Shown: piece by piece, positions 17,731 through 27,087 of the stretch
Layout: the number at the start of each line of letters is the position of its first letter
Position numbering within the stretch: position 1 is the stretch's first letter
From: a bacterium
GTDB lineage: Bacteria > Sysuimicrobiota > Sysuimicrobiia > Sysuimicrobiales > Kaftiobacteriaceae
Length of the DNA stretch: 52,358 nucleotides
Direction of reading: 5' to 3'
Assembly (NCBI GenBank): GCA_044868695.1
Contig: JBIOWP010000076.1
Location: 1 to 52,358, forward strand
Made by a program: the position numbers and the translations under genes
The notes under the pieces: model-generated
Seen by the model: the letters and a program-made list of their open reading frames with translations, nothing else
The model's database searches: none
What the model was told of the DNA's origin: nothing

Positions 17731-19332
17731 GTGACTGGTGACCGCTCGACCGCGTGGCTGCTCGCCGCGGCCGCCACATTGCTGCTGGCTGGTGCCCTCC
17801 TCCTTCCGCTGACGGACGGGGACACTGCCCTCTATGCCACGATTGCGCGAGATGCTCTCAGGGCCGGCGAGTGGGTTACGTTCTCGTTTCGGGATGGGCG
17901 GGTCTTCGATAAGCCGCCGCTCACGATCTGGCTGCTGCAGGTGTCCATCGCGCTCGCGGGATCGACGGAATGGGCTGTGCGCCTGTGGCACATCGCCTTT
18001 GCGTTTGCGACGGTGTTCGTGACCTATCGTCTCGCCCGCCTCGCGCTCCCGCCGGGTCAGTCACTATTTGCCGCGCTCGTCTTGCTGACGTCGGGGCAGT
18101 TCTTCTATCAAAGCCTCGTGCCCCAACAGGATGTTCCGCTGACGCTATTCGTCACACTGGCGTTGTACTGGTATTTGAGGTGGGAAACCGGCTGCGGCAC
18201 GCGGATGGCCGTCCTCGCCGGGATCGCTGCCGGGCTGGCGGTGCTGTCCAAGGGGATCGTCGGCGCAGTTATGCCCGCACTGATCGTTGCCGCTCACCTC
18301 GCCCTCAGCCGGCCGAAGTGGCCCCAGGGATGGGGACGGGACGCGGCGCTGAGCCTTGCTGCGCTGCTTCTGGTTGCCGCTCCATGGTTCGCCGCCGCGG
18401 GCCTGCGGCAGGGCAGGGCGTTTGTCGACACCTTCTTTCTCGGCGGCACGCTTGGGGTGGGACGGTTCTTCCGCCCCGCGCTCTCCGCGCCCGGCGGGAC
18501 GCCTGCCTGGTCGAGCTATCTCGCGTACGTGATCTTCTTGCCGCTCGGCATGCTGCCATGGACGGGCTGGCTGTGGGCCGGCCTGAGAGAGGGGTGGAAG
18601 GCCGTGCGTGCCGGCGGGCCTCCCGTGCTCAGGATCTGCGTGGTATGTGTCGGGGCGGTTGTCGTGTTCCTCACCATTTCACCCGGGGACAAAGTGATCC
18701 GATTTCTGCTTCCCGTGTTCCCGGCCGCCGCGGTGCTCGTCGCACATGCGGCTGCCGACGCTCGTTCGATGAAAACCGCGGGCCGGGTGTCGCTTTTCGC
18801 GGGAGGCCTCCTCGCGGCGGCGCTGGTCTGGGTGGTGGGGAGCCCGCTCCCGGCTGATGCGGCCGCGTATCTTCCCCTGGTGGAAGGATTTGTGCTTCCT
18901 CTCGCGGCCGCGCTGGTGGGGGCGGCCCTGATCGGGCGGCAGGGACGCGGACCTCAGGCAGTGCTGTTTCTGGCGGCCCTGACCCTCTTCGCGTATGGGC
19001 TCCTGATCACTGCGACCATCCGGCAGTGGGACCGCATTTCCCCGTGGCGTCCAATTGCGCGGGCGGTTGCCGCAGCCGTTTCGCCGGCCGCGCGGGTCGT
19101 GATCGTTGGTGAGCGGACACCGTTTCCTGAATTCTACATCAACCGTCCGGTCGAGTTCGTCGACCGTGCCGGGTTGCGGGACGCGTGGGGGTCCGGACCG
19201 GTCGTGGCGGTCGTGTCCGTGGATGCGCTGGCATCGCTTGCGCCTGGGCCCGCGCCGGCCGTCGTCGGCAGCGCGCCGGGCCGGCTATTGGTGATTAAGA
19301 ACTTCTCCGGCTTACCTCCCTCTCCCCCTTGA
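17731..19332 (+). CDS. ArnT/PMT-like GT-C glycosyltransferase
   Basis: DGDTALYATIAR, DKPPLTIW, LSKG, APWF, LPW; many TM helices. Confidence 0.85.
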   Translation: MTGDRSTAWLLAAAATLLLAGALLLPLTDGDTALYATIARDALRAGEWVTFSFRDGRVFDKPPLTIWLLQVSIALAGSTEWAVRLWHIAFAFATVFVTYRLARLALPPGQSLFAALVLLTSGQFFYQSLVPQQDVPLTLFVTLALYWYLRWETGCGTRMAVLAGIAAGLAVLSKGIVGAVMPALIVAAHLALSRPKWPQGWGRDAALSLAALLLVAAPWFAAAGLRQGRAFVDTFFLGGTLGVGRFFRPALSAPGGTPAWSSYLAYVIFLPLGMLPWTGWLWAGLREGWKAVRAGGPPVLRICVVCVGAVVVFLTISPGDKVIRFLLPVFPAAAVLVAHAAADARSMKTAGRVSLFAGGLLAAALVWVVGSPLPADAAAYLPLVEGFVLPLAAALVGAALIGRQGRGPQAVLFLAALTLFAYGLLITATIRQWDRISPWRPIARAVAAAVSPAARVVIVGERTPFPEFYINRPVEFVDRAGLRDAWGSGPVVAVVSVDALASLAPGPAPAVVGSAPGRLLVIKNFSGLPPSPP

Positions 19333-19358
19333 AGGGGGAGAGGGTTAGGGCGAGGGGG
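19317..19358. repeat. BoxC/REP-like hairpin repeat at a convergent gene junction; possible bidirectional terminator
   Basis: Perfect 12-bp inverted repeat CCCTCTCCCCCT (19318-19329) / AGGGGGAGAGGG (19333-19344). Minus strand reads CCCCCTCGCCCTAACCCTCTCCCCC, like the CCCTCACCCTAACCCTCTCCC repeat family. Confidence 0.7.
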
Positions 19359-21672
19359 TTCCACCCTCCTGCAGTAGTTCAATGACTGTCTCCGCGATTT
19401 TTTTCACGGCCCCGCGTCCGCCCATCCGCTGCCGTCCGGCCCGGCCCCGCGCCGCCCGTTCTGTAGGATCCTGCAGCAGCTTGACCACGACGCCGGCGGC
19501 ATCTTCCCAATCCCGTGCCGCCACCAGCGCCTCCCCGAGCAGGTCCTTCTGCAGGCGCACGAACTGCGAGGTCATCTGAGCGCCGGATCCGGGAAAGGTG
19601 ACTACCGGCTTGCCCAGTCCGGCCGCCTGCTCGTTCGCGGTCCCGGCCAGACCCACCACAACATCGGCCGCCGCCAGCGCATTCCCAAACGCGCGCGTCA
19701 GCGTTACGGTGATGCCATCGCGGCGCAGGACCTCGCCGGTGGGGGTCCACCCGATCTCCACGGCGACCGCTTTGACACGGTCAAGGTCGATCCCGGGAGC
19801 CAGCGCGCAGAAGAAGGCGGGCTGCAGGCGACCGGCAACCTGCTCGCAGAGTCGCAGGAGCGGTCTCACGTTCGCGTAGGCATCGACCCGGCTCCCGGGC
19901 AGCAGCGTTACGGCCGGCGTCACCCCATTGGAAAGCGCCGGTTCGGTTACACCAATCGTGTCCATCAGCGGATTGCCGACGAAGCGCGCAGGAAGGCCCA
20001 TGTCAGTGAGCGCGTCGGCCGTGACCTGGTCCCGTGCGAAGATGATCCGGGCGTAGCGGCGCATCGGGATCCGTTCCACCCAGCGGTGGCGCTCATTGTA
20101 TTCGGACTTCGCGGTCGCAACAAAGACTGCCGACGTGCCGGTCTGTGCGGCCATCGTCAGACAGTACACGTCACCGATGGCAATGGCGAGATCGTGTCTG
20201 CCGCGTTGCCCGCGGAGAGCGGCGCGCTGCGCACGCCAGTGCGACAGCGCACCTGCGCGGAGATCCGCCCACAGCGCCCGCCCGCGGAGTCCAAATCCTC
20301 CGGACGGGAACTCTCCCCGCGGGTCCAGCAGGGGAACACCGCGGTAGGCTCCGCCAGTCCCGACGAGCGGGTAGGCGGTGACGGTTGCCTGCCGCTGAAG
20401 CGTGGCCGCCAGCGCCATCCCGACGGCGTCTTCGCCGTGGCCGTTGCTGACCATGAGCACCGATGGGTTGGTGCGAGCGCGAGGTGAGGGGGCCCGGTCG
20501 GTGGGATCCGAAGCGGGCTTGGAGCCATTGATCATGAGCGCGCCAGCGAGCAGCCACAACCCCGCGCTGAGATGAACCGAGTTGATCGTGGCGTCAAACT
20601 GCTCGTGCACGAGGATACCGACGAAGGCCGCGAAGACCGCCGCGCTCATGAGGGTCTCATGCGGTGAACGAGCGGCCGTATGCCATCGCCATCCTGCTAC
20701 GAGCGCGAACAGGAGGATGGCGGCAAACGCGGCGAGCCCGAGCACGCCTCCTTCCGCCGCCATATTGAGAAAGATGTTGTGTGCGGACGAATGGGGCCGA
20801 AGCCGGGGAGCGGCGCGCGCCGTATAGCCAGGATGGACGAGAGAGAACGTATTCAGTCCCGTGCCGGTGATTGGATAGTTCGCGAAGATGGCGAGTGCGG
20901 CTTCGGCCAATACCACGCGAGTTTGATTCTCGCCAGGGTCGAAGACGCTGCGCAGGCGCCCGAAAATCCTGGAAGAATAGGGACCGGCCGCGAGCACCGC
21001 GACAACCACTGCGAGGAGTACCACCGCCACTCCCCGCCACGTGCGCCGGACCCCTGCCAGGACGAGGAGGAGGATGATCCCCGCACCATACGCGAACCAC
21101 GCGCCGCGCGAGTCTGTGCGCAGGAGCGCCAGGATCAGTGGAATCTGCCCCGCTGCGATCATCGCGCGGCTCGCGACCCCGCCTGTGCTCAGAAACTGGA
21201 GGCTCAACAGTCCGGCGACCAACAGTGTGGTCGCAAGGGAGTTGCGCTCCAGGAGGTACGGAATGTAGGGGGGCCGTCCGGTGGATTGCGCCACGGCGAG
21301 TCCCCAGGCCGCGGCCGCAATGCCGCCGACTACCCAGGCCCACAAGATGGGTTGGAGGAATCCTGGGTCACGCCGCAGCACCCGGAGCATTGTTCCGTAC
21401 CCGAGGTAGATGGTTAGGAGTGCCAGGACCAGTGAACCCAGCGCGGTGGTCCGATACGGAGACAGCACGCCAGAAATCGCGAAGGCCGCTCCAAACGCCA
21501 GAAATGGCGTGTCGAGCGGACTCCGCACCCAGGGAACGCGGCGCCCCGCAATCCCTTCCCAGACCGTCGCGGCCAAGAGGAGCGTCAGCCCGACAGCTCC
21601 GTACCCCGCAGAAAGTGCGAGGGCGGTGAACAGCAACGCACCACGCTGAAATCGGTCAAGCGTCGTGGGCAT
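19345..21672 (-). CDS. Fusion: O-antigen ligase (WaaL/Wzy_C) plus lipid-A-disaccharide-synthase-related GT-B domain
   Basis: N-half has TM helices with TDSRGAW, PITGTG and SAHNIFL. C-half has SNGHGED, GDVY, ATAKS, ARDQVTA, VGNPLMD, LLPGSR and AGTANEQAAGLGKPV. Start ATG 21672 overlaps the upstream GT2 stop. Confidence 0.85.
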   Translation of the reverse strand: MPTTLDRFQRGALLFTALALSAGYGAVGLTLLLAATVWEGIAGRRVPWVRSPLDTPFLAFGAAFAISGVLSPYRTTALGSLVLALLTIYLGYGTMLRVLRRDPGFLQPILWAWVVGGIAAAAWGLAVAQSTGRPPYIPYLLERNSLATTLLVAGLLSLQFLSTGGVASRAMIAAGQIPLILALLRTDSRGAWFAYGAGIILLLVLAGVRRTWRGVAVVLLAVVVAVLAAGPYSSRIFGRLRSVFDPGENQTRVVLAEAALAIFANYPITGTGLNTFSLVHPGYTARAAPRLRPHSSAHNIFLNMAAEGGVLGLAAFAAILLFALVAGWRWHTAARSPHETLMSAAVFAAFVGILVHEQFDATINSVHLSAGLWLLAGALMINGSKPASDPTDRAPSPRARTNPSVLMVSNGHGEDAVGMALAATLQRQATVTAYPLVGTGGAYRGVPLLDPRGEFPSGGFGLRGRALWADLRAGALSHWRAQRAALRGQRGRHDLAIAIGDVYCLTMAAQTGTSAVFVATAKSEYNERHRWVERIPMRRYARIIFARDQVTADALTDMGLPARFVGNPLMDTIGVTEPALSNGVTPAVTLLPGSRVDAYANVRPLLRLCEQVAGRLQPAFFCALAPGIDLDRVKAVAVEIGWTPTGEVLRRDGITVTLTRAFGNALAAADVVVGLAGTANEQAAGLGKPVVTFPGSGAQMTSQFVRLQKDLLGEALVAARDWEDAAGVVVKLLQDPTERAARGRAGRQRMGGRGAVKKIAETVIELLQEGGTPSP

Positions 21673-22570
21673 CGGTGTCCAACACTGCCTCAAGAGTACG
21701 GAGATAATGCCGGTTGAGTACACCGCGCAGCAACACGGAGGCCAGCGTCTGGCGCCGGCTCCGACGAAGGCGTTCCACGATGGATTCGACTGTCGCAGAA
21801 GTCAGGAGCCCACCTGCGGTCTGCAGCCAGTAGAGTATCCGGTGGACGGGCGTAGCTTGAATGAGCAAACGAGTCTCGAAGGTGGGATGCTTTCGGAAGA
21901 AGTACACCGCGCTCCGGGCGCGCGCCTCTTCTTTTTTCAGCAGGTCGGATACCGGCGCGCGCTGCTCCATCGGATCGACGTGAAACGCGACGGCTGCCCG
22001 GCAGAACACCCGCCTGATGCCGAGCTTCCTGAGCCGGAAGCCCAGATCGAAATCTTCCCAGCCGTACCCTGGGAACCCCTCGTCGAAGAGCCCCGCGCGC
22101 AGGAGCGCGGCCTTCTCCACTGTGACGTTCGCCGTGGTCAGGTAGGCCGGCGAACTCACGACTCGCGGCACCGGCCCGTTCCTCGCCCGGCTCACGTCAG
22201 GCACGTCGATCACGGGGCCCCGCGACAGGATGCCGGCGCCCTGCCGGCGGTGTGTCTGGAGATGAAGCTCCAGGAAGTCAGAGCGCACCAGAATGTCGCT
22301 GTCCACAAGGACGATCAAAGGGGCGCGGGCTTCGCGAATGCCCGCATTGCGCGCCGCGCTACGGCCCCGATTGGCCGGGAACCGGACCATCCGCACGGGC
22401 GGGCTGAACTGGGCCAGGACCGTGGCCGTCCCGTCCGTGGACCCGTCGTCGACGACGACAATCTCAAAGTGTTCGCCCGGCAGCGTTTGACGCGTCAGCG
22501 ATGCCAGGCATTCGTGAAGGAGGTCGGCCTGGTTGTAGGTGGGAATCACAACGCTGAGATCCGGATTCAC
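21656..22570 (-). CDS. GT2 glycosyltransferase
   Basis: SVVIPTYN, VVDDGSTD, ARNAG, DSD, FDEGFPGYGWED. Confidence 0.92.
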   Translation of the reverse strand: MNPDLSVVIPTYNQADLLHECLASLTRQTLPGEHFEIVVVDDGSTDGTATVLAQFSPPVRMVRFPANRGRSAARNAGIREARAPLIVLVDSDILVRSDFLELHLQTHRRQGAGILSRGPVIDVPDVSRARNGPVPRVVSSPAYLTTANVTVEKAALLRAGLFDEGFPGYGWEDFDLGFRLRKLGIRRVFCRAAVAFHVDPMEQRAPVSDLLKKEEARARSAVYFFRKHPTFETRLLIQATPVHRILYWLQTAGGLLTSATVESIVERLRRSRRQTLASVLLRGVLNRHYLRTLEAVLDTDAHDA

Positions 22571-22591
22571 GATTCACTATTCACGATTCAC
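22564..22591. repeat. Four tandem heptamers (G/T)ATTCAC
   Basis: GATTCAC GATTCAC TATTCAC GATTCAC; on the minus strand it spans the ABC transporter TGA stop and the GT2 GTG start. Confidence 0.85.
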
Positions 22592-24309
22592 GAACCCGTC
22601 TCCACCAACTGCAACCGCGCCAGCCTGGCGTAGGCGCCGCCAAGCGTCATGAGTTCGTCGTGGCCTCCCAATTCGGCGATCTGACCGCCCTCCAGGACCA
22701 CGATCCGGTCGGCCTTGCGCACGGTGGAGAGCCGGTGAGCGATGATGAACGTCGTCCGGCCTTCCATGAGCCGGTCGAGGGCTTCCTGGATCAACCGTTC
22801 CGATTCGGCATCCAACGCCGAGGTGGCCTCGTCGAGGATGATGATGCGCGGATTGGTGAGCACCGCGCGCGCAATCGCCAGCCGCTGGCGCTGCCCGCCG
22901 GACAGCTGCACGCCTTCCTCCCCCAGCAGCGTCTCATACCCTTGGGGGAGATTCATGATGAACTCGTGGGCGTTGGCCACGCGCGCCGCGGCGATAACGT
23001 CGTCCTGGGTGGCTTCGGGCCGGGCATAGGCGATGTTGTCGCGGATCGACCCGATGAACAGGACGATGTCCTGCGGGACCAGTCCGATCTGACGCCGGAC
23101 CGACCGCAGCGTGAGGAGACGGAGGTTGCGGCCGTCTACTTCAACCGCGCCGGATGTCGGATCGTAGAACCGGGGGATCAGATTGACCAGGGTGCTTTTC
23201 CCCGCGCCGCTGGTTCCCACGACGGCGATCCGTTCGCCGGCGCGGACCTCCAGCGAGATGTCGCGGAGGACCGTCGTTACACTGTCGTAGGTGAACGAGA
23301 CGTTCTGGAACCGGATGTCCCCACGGAGCGGCGGAGCCTCGACCGCGTGCGGCGCGTCGTTCACACCTTCGGGTACCCCCAGCAACTCCAACACGCGGTC
23401 CAGCGCGCCGAGACCCTGGCGCATCCCTCCGTACAGCCGCGAGAGCGAAATCGCCGGCTCGACAGCCAGGCCGGCATACGCCAGGAACGAGACGAGCGTC
23501 CCGGCGGTAATCTCCGCAGCGGTGACCATCCGGCCTCCCCGCCACAGCACCGCGACTAGGCCGAGGGCGGTGAAGAAGCTGACCACCGGCACCTGGATCG
23601 CGATCAGCTGGCTGATGCGAAGATTCGCCCGGAACGTGCGTTCATTTTCACGGAGGAACCGGCCGATTTCCCGCTCCTCCTGCACGAACGCCCGGATCAC
23701 GCGCGCGCCTCCGAAGGCCTGGCGCAGCAGAGAGGCCAGCCACGCGACGCGTTCCTGAGCCCGCTGGGAGACACGCTGGATCTCATGGCCGAAGATCCGC
23801 GCCGCGCCCAGCAGCAGCGGAATGACGACGAGGGTGAACAGTGCCAGCTTCCACTGCAGGACGAATAGCATCGCGGTGATGCCGGCCACGGTGAGCACCG
23901 TGCCGATGAAGTCGAGCATCCCGACCAGCAGCGCGCTCTGCACCAACTGGGTGTCCTGGAGGCTGCGGGCAATAATGTCACCGCTGGTCCAGGCGGCAAA
24001 GCGGTCCAGCGACCAGCGCTGGACCTTCTGGAAGATGAGACGCCGCAGATCCGCGATCACCCGATGCCCGAGAAACAGGCCGAAATACAGCTGGCCATAT
24101 AAGAGGAGACTGCGCAGCCCGAACGCTGCCAGGATGACCAGCGCCGCGGAGTCGAGCACCTCCAGTTTTCGTGTGCGGATGATATTGTCCACGGTGATGC
24201 CGGCGTATCGCGGCACGAAGAGCTGCGTGCCGGTGAGCAGGATGACGGAGATGAGCCCGGCCCCGAAGTAGGCCCAGTACGGAGCAATGAACGCGGCCAA
24301 ACGTCTCAC
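22588..24309 (-). CDS. msbA: MsbA-like ABC exporter (TMD plus NBD)
   Basis: Six TM helices, GTSGAGKS, LSGGQRQR, IILDEATSALD, IAHRLST. GTG 24309 overlaps the lpxB-like stop. Confidence 0.85.
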   Translation of the reverse strand: MRRLAAFIAPYWAYFGAGLISVILLTGTQLFVPRYAGITVDNIIRTRKLEVLDSAALVILAAFGLRSLLLYGQLYFGLFLGHRVIADLRRLIFQKVQRWSLDRFAAWTSGDIIARSLQDTQLVQSALLVGMLDFIGTVLTVAGITAMLFVLQWKLALFTLVVIPLLLGAARIFGHEIQRVSQRAQERVAWLASLLRQAFGGARVIRAFVQEEREIGRFLRENERTFRANLRISQLIAIQVPVVSFFTALGLVAVLWRGGRMVTAAEITAGTLVSFLAYAGLAVEPAISLSRLYGGMRQGLGALDRVLELLGVPEGVNDAPHAVEAPPLRGDIRFQNVSFTYDSVTTVLRDISLEVRAGERIAVVGTSGAGKSTLVNLIPRFYDPTSGAVEVDGRNLRLLTLRSVRRQIGLVPQDIVLFIGSIRDNIAYARPEATQDDVIAAARVANAHEFIMNLPQGYETLLGEEGVQLSGGQRQRLAIARAVLTNPRIIILDEATSALDAESERLIQEALDRLMEGRTTFIIAHRLSTVRKADRIVVLEGGQIAELGGHDELMTLGGAYARLARLQLVETGS

Positions 24310-25502
24310 GGTTGTCCCACCCCGCGGGCGATTGCGAGTGCCCGTTCCGCGATGGCGCGCGCAGCGCCGCCGGGCGCGGGGTAGACCTCGCGCAGCGCTG
24401 CTCGTATGGCCGCGCGCCGGGGCGCGTCGTCCAGCAACTCCAAGACGCGGTTCGCCAGTTCCGCCGGGGTCCACCTGCCGATCCACTCCGGCACTACCAC
24501 CCGCCCGGCCCGCAGGTTCGGCAACGCCAGCAGGCGCGGCCGGGCGAAGTATCGGTCAGCCGCCACGCGCTTGATCAGCCTGCCGGCCACGGGGATACGG
24601 CCGAGCCACTCCAGCAACCCCTCCGCGGGCACGCGGTCTAGCAGTTCCACGGGTACGATGGCGGCAAACGGCACACCGAGCATCCCCAGTTCCGCGGTGT
24701 TCGTTCCGGGGACGGTGAGAACCAGATCGCTGCGCCGCAGAGCGGGCCAGGGTTCCTTGGTGATCCACTCCACATGGAGAGCGGGCCACCGGCGGTTCAC
24801 ATCATCCTTGCTATAGGCGACGAATCGAGGGGAGAGAAATTGGGAGGCGATGACCTGAAAGGTGAGACCCGGCCTCACGGCCGCCGCGGCCTCGGCGACG
24901 TTCATGAAATACGGCAGGAGTTCGCGGACGTAACGGTCGCGGCTCCCCGGTAAGATCGAGATGATAACCCGATTTCCTTCTCCCCCTGCCGGAGCGGAAG
25001 AGAGGATCTGTCCTACGCCGTCCATAACCGCGTCGACCCGTGGATCTCCCGTCACCATGATCTTGTCTGTAGGCACGCCGTCCGCGCCGAGCTGGCGCGC
25101 CAGCTCCTCCGATGCGGCAAAGATCTTCACGAACCCAGCATGACGGCGCGCCACCAGTGGGGTTTCGGCAAACGCACAGGCGGGTACGCCCAGGCGGCGG
25201 GCGAGCCGCGACGAAAACCACAGATCCCCGCCCAGGTGCACGACGCACGCGGTCCGCGGGACGGCAAGCCGACGCAGTCCCAACGCTACGCGGACCGCGT
25301 CTCGCGGCGGCACGGTCCGGTCGAACAGGTTCCACCCCCGCACCACATCCGGTTCCCTGCCCCCGGCGAACTGCGTCGGGGAGAGGACCAGCGTCAGCCG
25401 GAAATCCGCACCCCCGAGGGCCCGGGCCGCGCGGGCAACGGGCCGTACCCAGCCCGCGAGTTCCCCAGGACCGTTTCCGGCAAGCACGAGTTCTGCGATC
25501 AA
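24306..25502 (-). CDS. Lipid-A-disaccharide synthase (LpxB)-like GT-B
   Basis: NGPGELAGWVRP, HLGGD, VTGDP, ILPGSR, TVPGTNTAE, ALPN; AGGTGG RBS before TTG. Confidence 0.75.
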   Translation of the reverse strand: MIAELVLAGNGPGELAGWVRPVARAARALGGADFRLTLVLSPTQFAGGREPDVVRGWNLFDRTVPPRDAVRVALGLRRLAVPRTACVVHLGGDLWFSSRLARRLGVPACAFAETPLVARRHAGFVKIFAASEELARQLGADGVPTDKIMVTGDPRVDAVMDGVGQILSSAPAGGEGNRVIISILPGSRDRYVRELLPYFMNVAEAAAAVRPGLTFQVIASQFLSPRFVAYSKDDVNRRWPALHVEWITKEPWPALRRSDLVLTVPGTNTAELGMLGVPFAAIVPVELLDRVPAEGLLEWLGRIPVAGRLIKRVAADRYFARPRLLALPNLRAGRVVVPEWIGRWTPAELANRVLELLDDAPRRAAIRAALREVYPAPGGAARAIAERALAIARGVGQP

Positions 25503-25554
25503 TGTCGAACCACCTATGATGAGGGTCCGCAGCTGTGTCCCGGCATGTCTCTCG

Positions 25555-25560
25555 ATTATA
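25555..25560 (-). promoter_or_regulatory. -10 box TATAAT for the lpxB-like operon
   Basis: Perfect TATAAT on the minus strand in the divergent intergenic region, about 50 nt upstream of TTG 25502. Confidence 0.5.
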
Positions 25561-25597
25561 GTGTCCGCGACTGGGGTGGGTAAATGAGGCGACTGCG

Positions 25598-27085
25598 ATG
25601 CTTCGCCTAAGCATCATCGGTGGCCTTGTGGCCTTCATCCTCGCAGGTTCCCCGTCCCCAGTCGCGGCGCAGGAGGCACCTCCGCTGGTGGTGGACGCGG
25701 AGCGGGTGGTGTTTGATGACATCGCGCAGACCGTGGAGGCCACGGGGCACGCCTCAGTCGCCTACCGCGGCGTGCAGGTGAAAGCCGACGTCGTGCGCAT
25801 GTTGTTGCGCGACGAGCGGTTAGAAGCGAGCGGAAATGTCGTGATCATCGACACGACCGGCCGGGAGATGCGCGGAGAGAAGTTGACGTATGATGCGCGC
25901 GAGCAGGTCGTCGAAATCTCGCCCGCCGAAGCGCTCATTGACGGCGTCTACATCCGCAGCGACCGCATGCGGGCACGCCCGGGGTTGATCGTTGCCGGCG
26001 AGAGCATGCTGACAACATGCGACCCGGCTCATCCGGCGTACCGGGTGACGGCGACCCGCATCGAAGTCATCCCTGGAGAGCGAGCGGTCGCGCACGAAGC
26101 CACGCTGTGGGTGGGCCGGCATTGGATTTTTTCCCTGCCGCTGTTCACTGTGTCGCTCCGCAGCCCGGAGGAGACGGCGGGAAGTTTCCCCAGCTTTGGC
26201 TATGATCATATCGACGGCCTGTGGTTTTCCTATCGGTATGGCTTCTTCGTGGGGGTCCCGCTGGCGTACGTCTCCACCACGCTCGGCACGCTGGGCCAGC
26301 TCGCGGAGGTGGGCGTGCTGCTGCCGGAGCGCCCGCTCGGCATCGTGCCGGTCTCTCTCAACGCGGCGGCAAGCGCCGGCTGGCACCACGAGACCGGGCT
26401 GAATATCGAGACGACCCGTCTGCAGTACTCCGTGGGGCTGGAGAGCGTGCCGGTCAGGTTCGGACCCGACACCGACTGGCAGACGACCTGGACCTGGACG
26501 GACGCCGTCTACGGGACCGGCGACCGGCAGGGCATCACGCGTCTGCTCTCGGTCATTACGCATCACCTGGACGCCAAAACCACGCTGTCGCTCGGGTACA
26601 ACGCGCTGCGCGTGTACGGTGCAACCCCGCTGGAGGTGGATGCCGTCGACCCCGACGATCTCGTGGACAAGCTCCGCCTGATGTATGAGAAGACGGGAGT
26701 GCTCGGCGGTGTTATTGTGACGACATTGCGGGCCGGCGGATTCTACGACTACATGACCGGGACGACGTCCGTCACGGCCGCCTACGGAGAACGCATCTCC
26801 ACGCAATACCACTGGGAGGTCGGACCGGAGTACAATCTGGACACCCAGGTCACGACGCTGGTCTCCGATACCGGGGTTTCGGTGGGCGCCGACACGTACT
26901 TCACCGTTCAGGGGCGGTATAATACCGCGACCACGCTGTTCGAGGACCTCGACTACATCGTGACCGCCCGGATCGCCGACTGCTTCGATCTCTCCGTCAA
27001 GTACCGGCAGGTCCGTCAGGAATTGTGGATCTCTGTCGCCCTCGGGGTGTCCCCCCTGGGGCAGACGGACCAGGGAGTCGAGTAG
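25598..27085 (+). CDS. lptD: LptD/OstA-family outer-membrane assembly protein (short)
   Basis: Signal peptide (AxA-Q), OstA jellyroll (VEATGHA, LEASGNV, GEKLTYD), LTTCD..PAYRVTATRI, then amphipathic beta strands ending DCFDLSVKY..ELWISVAL. Confidence 0.72.
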   Translation: MLRLSIIGGLVAFILAGSPSPVAAQEAPPLVVDAERVVFDDIAQTVEATGHASVAYRGVQVKADVVRMLLRDERLEASGNVVIIDTTGREMRGEKLTYDAREQVVEISPAEALIDGVYIRSDRMRARPGLIVAGESMLTTCDPAHPAYRVTATRIEVIPGERAVAHEATLWVGRHWIFSLPLFTVSLRSPEETAGSFPSFGYDHIDGLWFSYRYGFFVGVPLAYVSTTLGTLGQLAEVGVLLPERPLGIVPVSLNAAASAGWHHETGLNIETTRLQYSVGLESVPVRFGPDTDWQTTWTWTDAVYGTGDRQGITRLLSVITHHLDAKTTLSLGYNALRVYGATPLEVDAVDPDDLVDKLRLMYEKTGVLGGVIVTTLRAGGFYDYMTGTTSVTAAYGERISTQYHWEVGPEYNLDTQVTTLVSDTGVSVGADTYFTVQGRYNTATTLFEDLDYIVTARIADCFDLSVKYRQVRQELWISVALGVSPLGQTDQGVE

Positions 27086-27087
27086 CG

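Noticed and set aside
25514..25546. 10-codon minus-strand uORF (MPGHSCGPSS) just after TATAAT
   Set aside because: Too short, no telling codon content, and no independent support.
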